Source: an uncultured delta proteobacterium (lineage in GTDB: Bacteria; Myxococcota_A; Polyangia; Polyangiales; Polyangiaceae). Taken from it: a DNA stretch of 64,000 nucleotides. Shown here in pieces: positions 33,068-42,582 of this stretch. The DNA lies in contig CAWAIF010000003.1 of assembly GCA_963782055.1 (NCBI GenBank), positions 4,288,001-4,352,000 of the forward strand, in the 5' to 3' direction. Within the stretch, counting starts at the first letter, position 1; every line of letters begins with the position of its first letter. The position numbers were made by a program, and so were the translations under genes. Below the pieces are notes generated by a model, which did no database searches, was not told where the DNA came from, and worked only from the letters and a program-made list of their open reading frames with translations.

Positions 33068-33855
33068 CGACGCTGAAGAAACTGCGGAAGTGGTTGCAGG
33101 AGACGCCGAGCGAAGTGCCCGCGGAGCTCGCGATGGCTGGTATGACGGTTGAACACGTCGGCGGGCTCGCGGACGCGCTGGAGGCCGAGGAGAGCAAGCC
33201 GCCGTGTATCGCCCTGATCGGCGAGACGGGCGTCGGCAAGACGTCGACCATCAACGCGCTGTTCGGGAAAGGCCTCGACGTGAGCCACGCGCGCGCGTGC
33301 ACGCAGATCGAGACCGAGATCATCGGGGAGCGCGGGCAGCCGGTGCGCGTGTTCGACATGCCCGGGCTCGGCGAAGATCTCGACGTCGACGAAAGGCACT
33401 TCGAGACCTACAGGCGCGTCCTCCCCGACGTTGACGCGGTCGTGTGGATCTTGAAGGCCGACAACCGCGCGATGACCAACGTGCAGCGCTCGCTCGGTCG
33501 GCTCGTCAAGGAGAACATCCTCGACCCCAGTAAGTTGGTCATCGCCCTTAATCAGGTCGATCTCGTCCAGCCTGGCGACTGGGATCGGCAGATCAATCTG
33601 CCGTCGCCCGAACAGGAGCTCACGATCGCGAAGCGACGCGACGATGTGCTGGAGAAGACCCGGAAGGTAGTGAAGCTGCCGGAGCGACACGTCGTCGCGT
33701 ATTCGGCGCGCACGTTCTTCAACCTGGATGCCCTACTCGAAGCGCTGCTCGACGCGTGCGACGAGACCCGGCGCTGGATGCTTCACGACCGCGCACGTTG
33801 CGCAGATTTCAATTCGCTCGTCGACCTCTCGTTGGCGAGCGCGGAGGCGGAGTAA
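33064..33855 (+). CDS. P-loop GTPase, YeeP/YfjP-like (MMR_HSR1)
   Basis: G1 GETGVGKTSTINALF, G2 ACT, G3 DMPGLGE, G4 NQVD. Confidence 0.88.
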   Translation: MTTLKKLRKWLQETPSEVPAELAMAGMTVEHVGGLADALEAEESKPPCIALIGETGVGKTSTINALFGKGLDVSHARACTQIETEIIGERGQPVRVFDMPGLGEDLDVDERHFETYRRVLPDVDAVVWILKADNRAMTNVQRSLGRLVKENILDPSKLVIALNQVDLVQPGDWDRQINLPSPEQELTIAKRRDDVLEKTRKVVKLPERHVVAYSARTFFNLDALLEALLDACDETRRWMLHDRARCADFNSLVDLSLASAEAE

Positions 33856-33860
33856 AAACC

Positions 33861-34052
33861 ATGGCTCAGTCATTCACCCAGGAACAAACGGCGCGTCTCG
33901 AGGAAGCCCGCCTGCGCCAACAGCAGACGCGCGACCGCATCGAGTCGATCGCGACGAACTCGATCATGGCGTGGCTCTCGCGCGTCCTCGCGCCGATCGT
34001 CCGCAACGCCGTCCGCGGCGTCGTCGATTGGTTCTGGAAGTTCTTCGGTTAG
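33861..34052 (+). CDS. 63-aa microprotein with C-terminal amphipathic helix
   Basis: GGAG..AAAAACC-ATG; MAQSFTQEQ...IMAWLSRVLAPIVRNAVRGVVDWFWKFFG. Confidence 0.7.
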   Translation: MAQSFTQEQTARLEEARLRQQQTRDRIESIATNSIMAWLSRVLAPIVRNAVRGVVDWFWKFFG

Positions 34053-34071
34053 GTCCTCGACCCGCCGGCCG

Positions 34072-35211
34072 TCATGGCCCCACTGGTATCGTGACGGCGA
34101 ACCTGAATTCGGCCGTGGGGTTGAACTGCCACCGCTTCGCCTCTGGCGTGTCGGCGGCGAGCGTGTGGATCGCGCGCCACCTGTAGCGCCCCTGCTTCAC
34201 GTCGACCTTGCTGCGCGCGCGCTCGACGACCTTGTCGATGGCGTTGACGCCGACGCTCGCGAAGTCGCCCGCGCGGAGCGCCTTGCGCGTCGAGATCAGC
34301 TCCACGAGCGCCGCCGCCTCGTGCTTCGTCAGCGCGGTCTCCTCCGCCACGCCGCGGTCGTCGCGTCGTACGCCTCGGTGGCCGCCGCCGTCGACCGTGA
34401 TGGTCGTGTCGATGAAGAGGTCGAGCTCGGCGGCGCGTGCGACGAGCGCCATGTACTCCTCCGCGATGAGGGCGCGACGCCCATCCTGGTCGACGACCAT
34501 GCACATCGGGGAATGCGCGCCGTACGGTTGCCCCGCCGGCTCGCGCAGCGACAGGAGCGGCTCCGGCAGCTCTCCGGCGATGGCGCCGGCTTCGAGCCGG
34601 AGGAGGTCGCGTAGGAGCACGATCTCGGCGCGCTGCCCGAGGCCGAAGCGATCGCGCGCCGCCGTCGCGAGTCCGAGGCCGAAGGGCACGATGACGAGCG
34701 CGTCGCCGCGCGCGGCGGCCCACGCCTCGAAGCCAGGGAACGCGGGCGACAGCGCGAGGAACACGGCACGCCCGGCCCGGTCGCCAATCCTCCGGGCATC
34801 CGGGAAGCCGGCGTCGCCTTGCTCGACCGCGCCGCCCACGCCGAGGGTGCGCCGCAGGACGCGCACCAGGCCGTCCACCGAGAGCTGGAGCGTCTCGCGG
34901 TCCTCTGGGCGCAGGAGGACCTCAGAGCACGAGCCATCGTCGCGCCCGCACACCGCCACGAACGGATGGGATGCGCAGCCATGGTTCGTGACGACGCGAC
35001 GCGGGCACCCGTCGCCCCACGGCCCGCCGCATGGGTGTGAGAGCGTCGCCTCCTTTTCGACGAGCACGCCAAGGCGCACGAGCAGCGTCGTGACCTCGGC
35101 GCCGATCCGTTCGCGCCACTGGGAGGCGAGCAGAGTCGGCGCCTTCGCCTGCTCGACCAGCCGGAGCAGCTCGTCGAGCGGACGACGGGGCGCGTTCCCG
35201 GTCGGCGTCAT
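34072..35211 (-). CDS. Hypothetical protein (Cys cluster, possible C-terminal wHTH)
   Basis: 379-aa ORF with HPC...GCPRRV...VAVC...C; ATGA overlap with the upstream gene. Confidence 0.7.
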   Translation of the reverse strand: MTPTGNAPRRPLDELLRLVEQAKAPTLLASQWRERIGAEVTTLLVRLGVLVEKEATLSHPCGGPWGDGCPRRVVTNHGCASHPFVAVCGRDDGSCSEVLLRPEDRETLQLSVDGLVRVLRRTLGVGGAVEQGDAGFPDARRIGDRAGRAVFLALSPAFPGFEAWAAARGDALVIVPFGLGLATAARDRFGLGQRAEIVLLRDLLRLEAGAIAGELPEPLLSLREPAGQPYGAHSPMCMVVDQDGRRALIAEEYMALVARAAELDLFIDTTITVDGGGHRGVRRDDRGVAEETALTKHEAAALVELISTRKALRAGDFASVGVNAIDKVVERARSKVDVKQGRYRWRAIHTLAADTPEAKRWQFNPTAEFRFAVTIPVGP

Positions 35212-36398
35212 CGCGCCCCCGCGCCGACCGGCGACGCTTGCGCCGGCATTCGCATGAACCCGCTCTCGAGCAGGTACTCGCGGACGATGTCGCCGCCGAA
35301 GCGCCGGTCGAAGCTCAGATGGTTCGGGACCTGGACGTCGACGCGCACTGCGCGCGGACGCCCGGAGAGCACCAGCGCGAGCTGGAATTGCAGCACGTCC
35401 CCGTAGAGCAGAACGAGACGACCGAGCGGGGTCGCGAGGAGCGGTCCGAGGTCGTTCGCCTTCCAGGTGATCACCCCGCCGCTCGCGAGATCGGACGAGC
35501 CGATCTTCATCTCGCGAAGCACCACGCCAGCGAGCCCTGGGACGCCGTGCGGCTGGAGCGCCGCGCCGCCCTCCTCGGCGAGCGGCTCGCCCGTGAATAC
35601 CGGCTGCGCGACGAAGTGCTCTTCGTCACCCCAGAAGACGCGGCCGAGCACGCGCCGGTAGAAGTCCTGCTCGCCGAAGAACTGCGCGTTCACCGCGAGG
35701 CGCCCGGTGCGCCGATCGAACACGAGGATGTCGTGCTTGTCGGGCACGTACGTCACGCGCGAGCGGCGGTCGTCGCTCTCGATGGCTCCGTGGTTGCGCG
35801 GCGGCCGTCCGTGGATGATGACGAAGCTCACCTCGTCGCCGACCTCGCTCACGCGCACGTCGCAGAACGCTGTGCGATTCCGATCGCGGAACCAAGCGCC
35901 GATGGCGCGCGCGAGCAGAGCGCGCTTCGCGACGCTGTCCTGGCCCGCCAGCGGCGACGCGTCCTTCGCGAAGAACTCCACGAACCGGCGCGCCTCCGTC
36001 GACTGCGTTCGGGCGTGCGCGCTGCGGAAGACGTCGCGGTGATCGAGGTACACCTCGAACGCGAGGTCCTCCGGCGTCGTGCGCGCGTTGACGGTGAAGA
36101 GCCCGAGCTGCTGGCTCTTCGCGATCGACAGCACGTGCTCGTGCGCGCTCTCGGTCGTCAGGTCGGCGACGTCGAGCAGTCCTTGTTGCAGCTCCCCGGG
36201 GAGCTCCGGGTCGACGGCGTTCAGCACCGCGTGCAGCGCCGCGATCCACTCCGTTGCGCAGGCGACGCCGTCGAGCGCGACGCCACGCGACGTGAGGTAG
36301 TCCTCGAAGGGACGAAGAAACCGGATCAGTAGCTCCGGTCGAACGGCCTCGAGCAGGTCGAGGCGAACCAAGTGCGCGGTCAGTGCGACGTGCTGCAT
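35208..36398 (-). CDS. Hypothetical protein of integrative elements
   Basis: ~396-aa globular-looking ORF (FVIIHG, YVPDKHDILVFD); start uncertain. Confidence 0.7.
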   Translation of the reverse strand: MQHVALTAHLVRLDLLEAVRPELLIRFLRPFEDYLTSRGVALDGVACATEWIAALHAVLNAVDPELPGELQQGLLDVADLTTESAHEHVLSIAKSQQLGLFTVNARTTPEDLAFEVYLDHRDVFRSAHARTQSTEARRFVEFFAKDASPLAGQDSVAKRALLARAIGAWFRDRNRTAFCDVRVSEVGDEVSFVIIHGRPPRNHGAIESDDRRSRVTYVPDKHDILVFDRRTGRLAVNAQFFGEQDFYRRVLGRVFWGDEEHFVAQPVFTGEPLAEEGGAALQPHGVPGLAGVVLREMKIGSSDLASGGVITWKANDLGPLLATPLGRLVLLYGDVLQFQLALVLSGRPRAVRVDVQVPNHLSFDRRFGGDIVREYLLESGFMRMPAQASPVGAGAR

Positions 36399-36411
36399 CC
36401 CCCCGCTCCGC

Positions 36412-36594
36412 TCAGCGATCGCGCAGACGCGCTTGGGGACGAACCTCCTGGGCGAAGGCGGCGAGTACGGCCGCGGGGAACGGCGCCGCATGGCACCGCG
36501 AGACTGCGCGATCGGCAGTCGCTCGAGGGGTGAGCTCAGCGAGTTCTTGGATCGGGACCTTGGGGCGCTTCTTCTGGAACGTTTTCGTGCTCAT
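36412..36594 (-). CDS. Small basic hypothetical protein
   Basis: GGAGG RBS then MSTKTFQKKRPK. Confidence 0.4.
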   Translation of the reverse strand: MSTKTFQKKRPKVPIQELAELTPRATADRAVSRCHAAPFPAAVLAAFAQEVRPQARLRDR

Positions 36595-36773
36595 CGAGCC
36601 TCCTGGTTCGAGGGGTCTATGGATTTGCTCCATCGCGATGTACTGCGCACGTGTTCAGGTATCCACAGGCCGAAACGGACGTGGGTTCAACTGGTTCGGC
36701 GCCGCTCTCCACAGGTTTGCGTCCGGCGATCAGGAAGCGCGTGAAGGCGCGCGCAACGACCGGTCGTCCCCTC

Positions 36774-37031
36774 GGCGTCCAGCAGAGCGCCGACGAGGTC
36801 GAGGTTCTCTTCACCTTGATGGCCGAGCGCTACGAGCGTCGCTCCATCCTCATCACGAGCAACCTCGTCTTCGGCGAGTGGGATCGGATCTTCAAGAATC
36901 CCATGACCACCGCCGCCGCCATCGATCGCCTCGTGCACCACTCGGCGATCCTGGAATTCTCAGGACGCAGCAAGCGTGCCGACGACGCCGAGTCCCGCTC
37001 GAAGAAGGGACCCTCCGAGGCGACCACGTGA
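36774..37031 (+). pseudogene. istB: IS21-family helper ATPase IstB, C-terminal fragment
   Basis: QQSADEVEVLFTLMAERYERRSILITSNLVFGEWDRIFKNPMTTAAAIDRLVHHS; Walker A and istA are absent. Confidence 0.88.
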
Positions 37032-37154
37032 CGACAACTACCGAGGGCCAGCGACAACTACGCGACGACTACAACTACACGAGGCACGAACCATGAACCT
37101 GGCGACCACCTGCAAGAATAGTTGTCGCCACCATGCAGGGATAGTTGACGTCCA
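37032..37154 (+). mobile_element. IS21-family right end with multiple repeats
   Basis: CCACCTGCAAGAATAGTTGTCG and CCATGCAGGGATAGTTGACGTCCA (terminal CA), plus inverted copies CGACAACTAC at 37032 and 37052. Confidence 0.6.
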
Positions 37155-38122
37155 TCAACGTCGGCCGGATCATCGTGGAACGCGAGCAGCGCGGCGCCCG
37201 CCGTGCCGAGTACGGCGCTGCCGTCCTGGAGCGCCTCGCCGAGACGCTGACCGGGCGCTTCGGGCGCGGCTTTTCGCGGCGCAACATCGAGCAAATGCGC
37301 GCCTTCTACCTGGCCTGGCCAATACCGCAGACGGCGCCTGCCATTTTGCCCGCCAGAAAAGCGCAGACACTGTCTGCGCTTTCCGGCGCGCGTTCGTTCG
37401 CTCTGCCTTGGTCCCACTACGTCCGCCTGCTCTCTGTGAGCAACGCGAGCGCCCGCGCGTTCTACGAGACCGAGGCGCTGCGCGGCGGGTGGACCATCCG
37501 GCAGCTCTCACGGCAGATCGAGACGCAGTTCTACGAGCGCACCGCCCTGTCCAAGAACAAGGCCGCGATGCTCGCCAAAGGCGAGCGGCGTCGGTCCACC
37601 GATGCACTCTCGCCGGAGGAGGAGCTGAAGGATCCGTTCGTCCTCGAGTTCCTCGGCCTGCGCGACGAATACTCGGAGTCGGAGCTCGAAGACGCGCTCG
37701 TCCGGCACCTCAAAAATTTCCTCCTCGAGCTCGGCGGCGACTTCACGTTCGTAGGGCGACAGCGGCGTCTGCGCGTTGGCAACGCGTGGTACCGCGTCGA
37801 TCTCCTCTTCTTCCACCGCGCGCTTCGCTGCCTCGTCGTGATCGATCTGAAGCTCGGGGCGTTCACGCACGCCGATGCGGGGCAGATGCACCTGTACCTG
37901 AACTACGCGCGCGAGCACTGGACCCGGCCCGGCGAGAACCCGCCCGTCGGCTTAATCCTCTGCGCAGAGAAGGACGAAGCGGTCGCCCGCTACGCGCTCG
38001 ACGGACTCCCCAGCAAGATCCTCGCCGCGGAGTACCGGACGAAGCTGCCGCGCGAGAAGGTGCTCGTCGCCGAGATCGAGAAGACGCGACGACTGCTCGC
38101 GCAGCGTATGGGAGGCCGCTGA
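37145..38122 (+). CDS. DUF1016/YhcG PD-(D/E)XK nuclease-family protein, N-terminus clipped by the IS end
   Basis: VGRIIVE, AEYG, LPWSHY, LKDPFVLEFL, FLLELGGDFTFVGRQ, VDLLFFHR, IDLK, GQMHLYLNY. Confidence 0.88.
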   Translation: MTSINVGRIIVEREQRGARRAEYGAAVLERLAETLTGRFGRGFSRRNIEQMRAFYLAWPIPQTAPAILPARKAQTLSALSGARSFALPWSHYVRLLSVSNASARAFYETEALRGGWTIRQLSRQIETQFYERTALSKNKAAMLAKGERRRSTDALSPEEELKDPFVLEFLGLRDEYSESELEDALVRHLKNFLLELGGDFTFVGRQRRLRVGNAWYRVDLLFFHRALRCLVVIDLKLGAFTHADAGQMHLYLNYAREHWTRPGENPPVGLILCAEKDEAVARYALDGLPSKILAAEYRTKLPREKVLVAEIEKTRRLLAQRMGGR

Positions 38123-38126
38123 GACG

Positions 38127-38303
38127 ATGGCGACCAAGCGACGCAGCCCGAAGCTCCCTGCTCCCGCGAATGACGTTCACCTCGCCACGACTCGTGGCGC
38201 GAAGGCGGCGGGCCACGCATGGGCGTTCCGCGCGCGCTTCCGGATGGAGCGGCCAGGATCGTCGAACCCACTCGGGGTCGTTCGAGGTACAAAGCGCGCG
38301 TGA
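38127..38303 (+). pseudogene. 5' fragment of a paralogue of the 43153-44439 gene
   Basis: MATKRRSPKLPAPAND...AKAAGHAWAFRARFR, then divergence and a stop; nucleotide repeat of 43153-43268. Confidence 0.8.
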
Positions 38304-39184
38304 AGACATTGACACAGGCTGGCCCGATCGCCACCCGTCTCGTCCACGCGCTGAGTACCGTGAAGGGCGCGCAGGTAGTGGATCTCCGTGCGTTCCGCGA
38401 GGGGACGGCGCGCGCTGCGGAGCTGCAGAAGACCGTCGCGAAGCGCGAGGACCTCGCCGACTTCCACCCCGCGCACGCGCTGTACGTCTACGTGCAGAAC
38501 CAGGTCTCGGTGCTGGCCGAGCAGCTGACGGCGCTGCCCGAGACCGCGAAGCTGGCCGACCGCATCGAGTCCGCGCAGGACGAATACATGCCGGGCGGGC
38601 CGCCGATGAGCCCGCTGACGACTTCGTACTTCACTTGCTGGGCGTTCTTCAACGCTGCGGTCGGTCAGCGTCGCGAGACGCTGGGAACCTGCGTCGTGGC
38701 CGTCGGCAAAGTGCTCGGCATGGATCCCAGCTTCCTCGCGCTCGTTCAGGCCATGCAGGACTCCTGCATGCGCGTGTACGTGCACGAGGGCTTCAATGCC
38801 GATGGCACGACCAATCTGCGTGACCTCGTGAGCGGTTCTGGCGTGCCCTGCATCGTCCCGAGTGGCTGGCGAGGTGCCCGAGGCGAGGTCTGCCTTGCCC
38901 GCGTGCTGCCGCCCCCGCTTGGCGCGGCAGAGGTCTCGGTGGTCTTCACGACGCCCTACGTTCTACGTGGCGCGAGCGAGCAGGACTGGGCCGCCTACCT
39001 CGATCGCACGCTCGGGGCCGCGAAGGGTGATGCGAACAAGACGATCGCTGCCTTGAAGTTCGGCATCGACTGGAGCGAGTACATCTTCGCTGGCTACGCG
39101 GGGCACGTCACCGAGGCCATCTTCCTCGAGGGCCTGCCCGACGTGCCGGCGTCGCTGCCCCACTACAGCCCGAGGGCGCGGTAG
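38300..39184 (+). CDS. Hypothetical protein
   Basis: GTGA-coupled ORF with DEYMPGGPPMSPLTTSYFTCWAFF. Confidence 0.75.
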   Translation: MKTLTQAGPIATRLVHALSTVKGAQVVDLRAFREGTARAAELQKTVAKREDLADFHPAHALYVYVQNQVSVLAEQLTALPETAKLADRIESAQDEYMPGGPPMSPLTTSYFTCWAFFNAAVGQRRETLGTCVVAVGKVLGMDPSFLALVQAMQDSCMRVYVHEGFNADGTTNLRDLVSGSGVPCIVPSGWRGARGEVCLARVLPPPLGAAEVSVVFTTPYVLRGASEQDWAAYLDRTLGAAKGDANKTIAALKFGIDWSEYIFAGYAGHVTEAIFLEGLPDVPASLPHYSPRAR

Positions 39185-39186
39185 TC

Positions 39187-39852
39187 ATGGGCTGGCGCTC
39201 CGACCGCTGGCAGCCGTACCAGCCGCGCCCGAAGGTGGCGAAGCTCTCCGCTGAGCAGCTTGGGCGGCTCCGCGACACGGCTTCACGGTTCGTCGCGCGC
39301 TCGAAGGTACTGGGCACGCTCGTCGAGCGTGTCGAGCTCACTCGCGGCCGCGTGTATCTCTGGCGCGACGAGACCGATCTGATGGCACGCATCTCGCCCC
39401 TCTCGTCGGCGACGTTCATCATCGAAGCCCAGCGCGGAAACGGTTGGTCCGAGCACGCTCGCGGCACCCTTCGCGTCGTTCTCGGTGCCCTGGAGCGCGA
39501 CCGGTTTGGCGGCTTCCACGGTCTCGGCGCCCTCGCGAGAAGGCCCAAGACCGGCGACTCGAGCGTGCTGGCGACTCTGCACCGCACGTTCGGCGTTCCG
39601 CTCCCCGTCGTCGCTGAGCCGCGTGAGTGGTATGCGCTTCGGCGGCAGCCAGAGATCGTCGAGCACGATGCCAAACGGGGACGCGTGCTCGTCCGCTTCT
39701 CCGCCATCGGGCCCTTCGGCAGCTTCGGCGGAACGTGCCTCTACGCGCTTCGCGACGGTGAATGGGGTTGCTACGTCATCAAGCCGAGCGCATCGGCCTC
39801 CCTCTCCTCGGCAGAGGCCTGGCTCGCCAAGCGATCGTGGCAGGGGTGGTGA
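39187..39852 (+). CDS. Hypothetical protein
   Basis: 221-aa ORF tightly coupled to both neighbours. Confidence 0.7.
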   Translation: MGWRSDRWQPYQPRPKVAKLSAEQLGRLRDTASRFVARSKVLGTLVERVELTRGRVYLWRDETDLMARISPLSSATFIIEAQRGNGWSEHARGTLRVVLGALERDRFGGFHGLGALARRPKTGDSSVLATLHRTFGVPLPVVAEPREWYALRRQPEIVEHDAKRGRVLVRFSAIGPFGSFGGTCLYALRDGEWGCYVIKPSASASLSSAEAWLAKRSWQGW

Positions 39853-40251
39853 GCCTGGTGCCGTCTGGAGACGCTCAGCGGGTCTGGTTTCCCGAGATGT
39901 TCGCCGTCCTGACGGCCGCATGGTCGCCCTCGACCACCTGGGACGACCTTGTTGACCTGTGTGGCCGCCTCACCCATCTTCGAACGGATCTCCGACAATC
40001 GCGAGGGATCCAGGCGCCGCTGATGAAGTGCTCGAAGTGCGGAAGCGTCTCGCGAGGGGACATCAAGGGCGTGTCGATCAGAATCGGCGCTGTTCGCGCT
40101 CCGGAAGGTCGGCGCGATCTCTGACACCGACTTCCAGCGCCTCGACCGCGACTGGAAGAACCACAGAGCCTCGCGCCGGCTCGATGCGCTCGGCAAGAAG
40201 AACGATGCGTCGTCGGCCACGGCGACCAGTGCTCCATCTGGGTGCTGCTGA
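39849..40251 (+). pseudogene. Small Zn-ribbon hypothetical protein with +1 frameshift near 40083
   Basis: PSGDAQRVWFPEM...CSKCG...VSIR, continuing in the +1 frame as SALFALRKVG...WKNHR...LDALGK. Confidence 0.65.
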
Positions 40252-40289
40252 ATCATGAACACGCACGACTCGATCCCGTCCGAGTGCGG

Positions 40290-41098
40290 TGGCGCCGTCG
40301 GGACGACGACCGGCGTACACGGGGTTCTGCAGGAGACGCAGAACGGCGCGCGCCGACCACTCGCCTCGCTTGCCGTTCTTCGCGACAAGCCGCAGCGCGT
40401 TCGCTCGCGCCACGAGCTCGGCGGTCGACTTGCCGCTCCCGGCCGCCGTGAAGAACCAACGCACAACGGCTGCCTCCGACTCGACGATGACGAGCTGCTT
40501 CGTCTTCGGATCTGCGGCGTAGCCAAGAGGCACGCGACCCGCGGCGCGTTCTCCGCGGGCCTTCTTCGCGGCGCGCGCGTCGGCCAGGCGCTCGCCGATC
40601 ATGTCGCGCTCCAGCTCGGCGAAGGTCGCGAGCAGGTTGAGCTGCAGCCGCGCGAGGGAGCCGGCCTCGGCGTCGATGGCGCCGTGCACGATGGTGAGGC
40701 CGACGTTGAACCGCTCGAACACCCGCGCGAACAACGCCCAGTCGGTGAGCTTCCGCGTGAGGCGATCGAGCCGGTAGACGATGACGCGCTGGATGTCGCC
40801 GTCCTGGATGCGCGCGATGAGTCTCTCGAGGCCCGGACGCTCGATGGTCGCGCCGCTGTAGCCCTCGTCGTCGAAGCGCTCGCCGATCGGGTACCAGCCG
40901 CGCCAGGCCATGGAGCGGATGAACTCAGTGCAGAGGGTGCGCTGCACCGCGCAGACGCGAGGGCGGGATCGTCCCCGGCGCGCACCACCGACTGGCGCGT
41001 GTACACGGCGCAGCGGATGAGGGGCAGGTCGTCGGGCTCGGTGTCCAAGTTCGTGAAGATATCGCGGGCGGACGGGAGCGGGATGAGTGGTCGGGCAT
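40290..41098 (-). pseudogene. Serine recombinase remnant (frameshift near 40954, C-terminally truncated)
   Basis: IRCAVYTRQS in one frame; DDEGYSGATIERP, VYRLDRLTR, FAELERDMI and LQNPVYAG in another. Confidence 0.85.
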
Positions 41099-41145
41099 CG
41101 CGCGTGGCAAACGCGGGATCCCCGACCGAAGTGGGACACGCGGGG

Positions 41146-42345
41146 CTACGTCCTGGTTCGCGGGGCGCCGTCGAGCTCGGTGCCGACGCGGAGTCGATCG
41201 AGGTAGCCCCGGTACACGAAGGAGCGGTCGCGCTTCTTACCGGTCGTCTCGACGAGAACGCCCGCGGCCACGAGCAGCTCGATCGCCCGTCCCGCGGTGG
41301 GCTTGGTCGTCTCCACAAACTTCATCACGGATGCGACGGTCACGACCGGGTGGCGCGGCAGCAGCTCGAAGAGCCTCAGCGCGACGACGGACATCCCTTC
41401 GTGCGCGAGCACGCGCGCGCGGTCCGCGGCCACGAGCGCGAACAGCTCCCGTGCGGAGGCGACCGCTTCGTCGGCGATCGTCGCGACCCCGTCGAGGAAG
41501 AAGTCGAGCCAGCCCTCCCAATCGCCCTCGACCCGCACCGCGTTGAGGCGACGGTAGTAGTCCTCGCGGTGCCGCTTGAAGAAGAGGCTCAGGTAGAGGA
41601 GCGGCTTGGTCAGCAGCTTCCAGTGCTCGAGCAGCAACGTCACGAGCAGGCGCCCGATGCGGCCGTTGCCGTCGAGGTACGGGTGGATGGTCTCGAACTG
41701 CACGTGCAGGAGCCCGGCGCGCACGAGTGGCGGCAGCGAGTCGTCTGCGTGAAGGTACTTCTCGAACGCGCCGAGCACCTCGCCGAGTGCGTGCGGAGGC
41801 GGCGGCACGTACGCGGCGTTGCCAGGTCGGCTTCCGCCGATCCAGTTCTGACTGCGACGCACCTCGCCTGGAAGCTTCTCGGCGCCGCGCACGCCGCGCA
41901 TGAGGCGCGAGTGCGTCTCGCTCAGGAGGCGCATCGAAAGGGGCAGACCCTTCGGGTCGCCGAGCTGCGCGCGCGCGTAGGCGAGCGCGTCGAGGTAGTT
42001 GCACACCTCCTCGACGTCAGCGTTGGGTGCGGCGCTCTGCTCGGCGCCGTCCTGGGCCTCGAACGTGAGCAGGTCGACGAGGGTCGCTTGCGTTCCCTCA
42101 ATCTGGGAGGACAGCACGGCCTCTTTGCGGACGAACGCGTAGATGAACCAGTCGAGTGATGGGACCATCTCCCCGGCCAGCTCGAGGCGAACGAGCGCCT
42201 GCTCAGCTGCACGGAGTCGCTCAGCCAGGGCGGCGTCGACGACGATGGGCGGATCCGCGGGCGGCAGCCCGTGCGGGACGAAGGCCGCGACCTCCTCCCC
42301 ACCCACGGTGGTCCGCTCGTATCGTCCGGTCGCTCGCTTGGGCAT
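41146..42345 (-). CDS. Fic family protein with C-terminal wHTH
   Basis: EAVLSSQIEGT; canonical HPYLDGNGRIGR; C-terminal wHTH-like segment. Confidence 0.93.
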   Translation of the reverse strand: MPKRATGRYERTTVGGEEVAAFVPHGLPPADPPIVVDAALAERLRAAEQALVRLELAGEMVPSLDWFIYAFVRKEAVLSSQIEGTQATLVDLLTFEAQDGAEQSAAPNADVEEVCNYLDALAYARAQLGDPKGLPLSMRLLSETHSRLMRGVRGAEKLPGEVRRSQNWIGGSRPGNAAYVPPPPHALGEVLGAFEKYLHADDSLPPLVRAGLLHVQFETIHPYLDGNGRIGRLLVTLLLEHWKLLTKPLLYLSLFFKRHREDYYRRLNAVRVEGDWEGWLDFFLDGVATIADEAVASARELFALVAADRARVLAHEGMSVVALRLFELLPRHPVVTVASVMKFVETTKPTAGRAIELLVAAGVLVETTGKKRDRSFVYRGYLDRLRVGTELDGAPRTRT

Positions 42346-42370
42346 GTCGGCTCCGCTCGGAACGCCCGCT

Positions 42371-42470
42371 TGACCTGGCGCGCAGGCTGGGAAAGCCGGC
42401 GTGACTAGGCTCGCGCGCTAGGAACGAATCCTTTACCAGTGCGCATCACTAGTCAAGCGTGCGTTACTAG
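42371..42470. repeat. 31-bp-period degenerate tandem repeat (operator-like) upstream of fic
   Basis: Units start at 42371, 42402, 42433 and 42464; consensus T(G/T)AC(T/C)AG-N9-CT(A/G)G; minus-strand TTGACT at 42456-42451. Confidence 0.65.
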
Positions 42471-42582
42471 CGATACCGAGTCGTCCGCCGCCTGAGTCGC
42501 GCCGTGCGCATGGGTGACCCGCTGGTTAGCAGTAAAAACCGATACATTTCGACGACCTGTGCGTGTTCGACTGACGATACAA

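Noticed and set aside
36655..36720. DnaA-box-like GTATCCACA and CTCTCCACA
   Set aside because: Only two mismatched boxes and no AT-rich unwinding element
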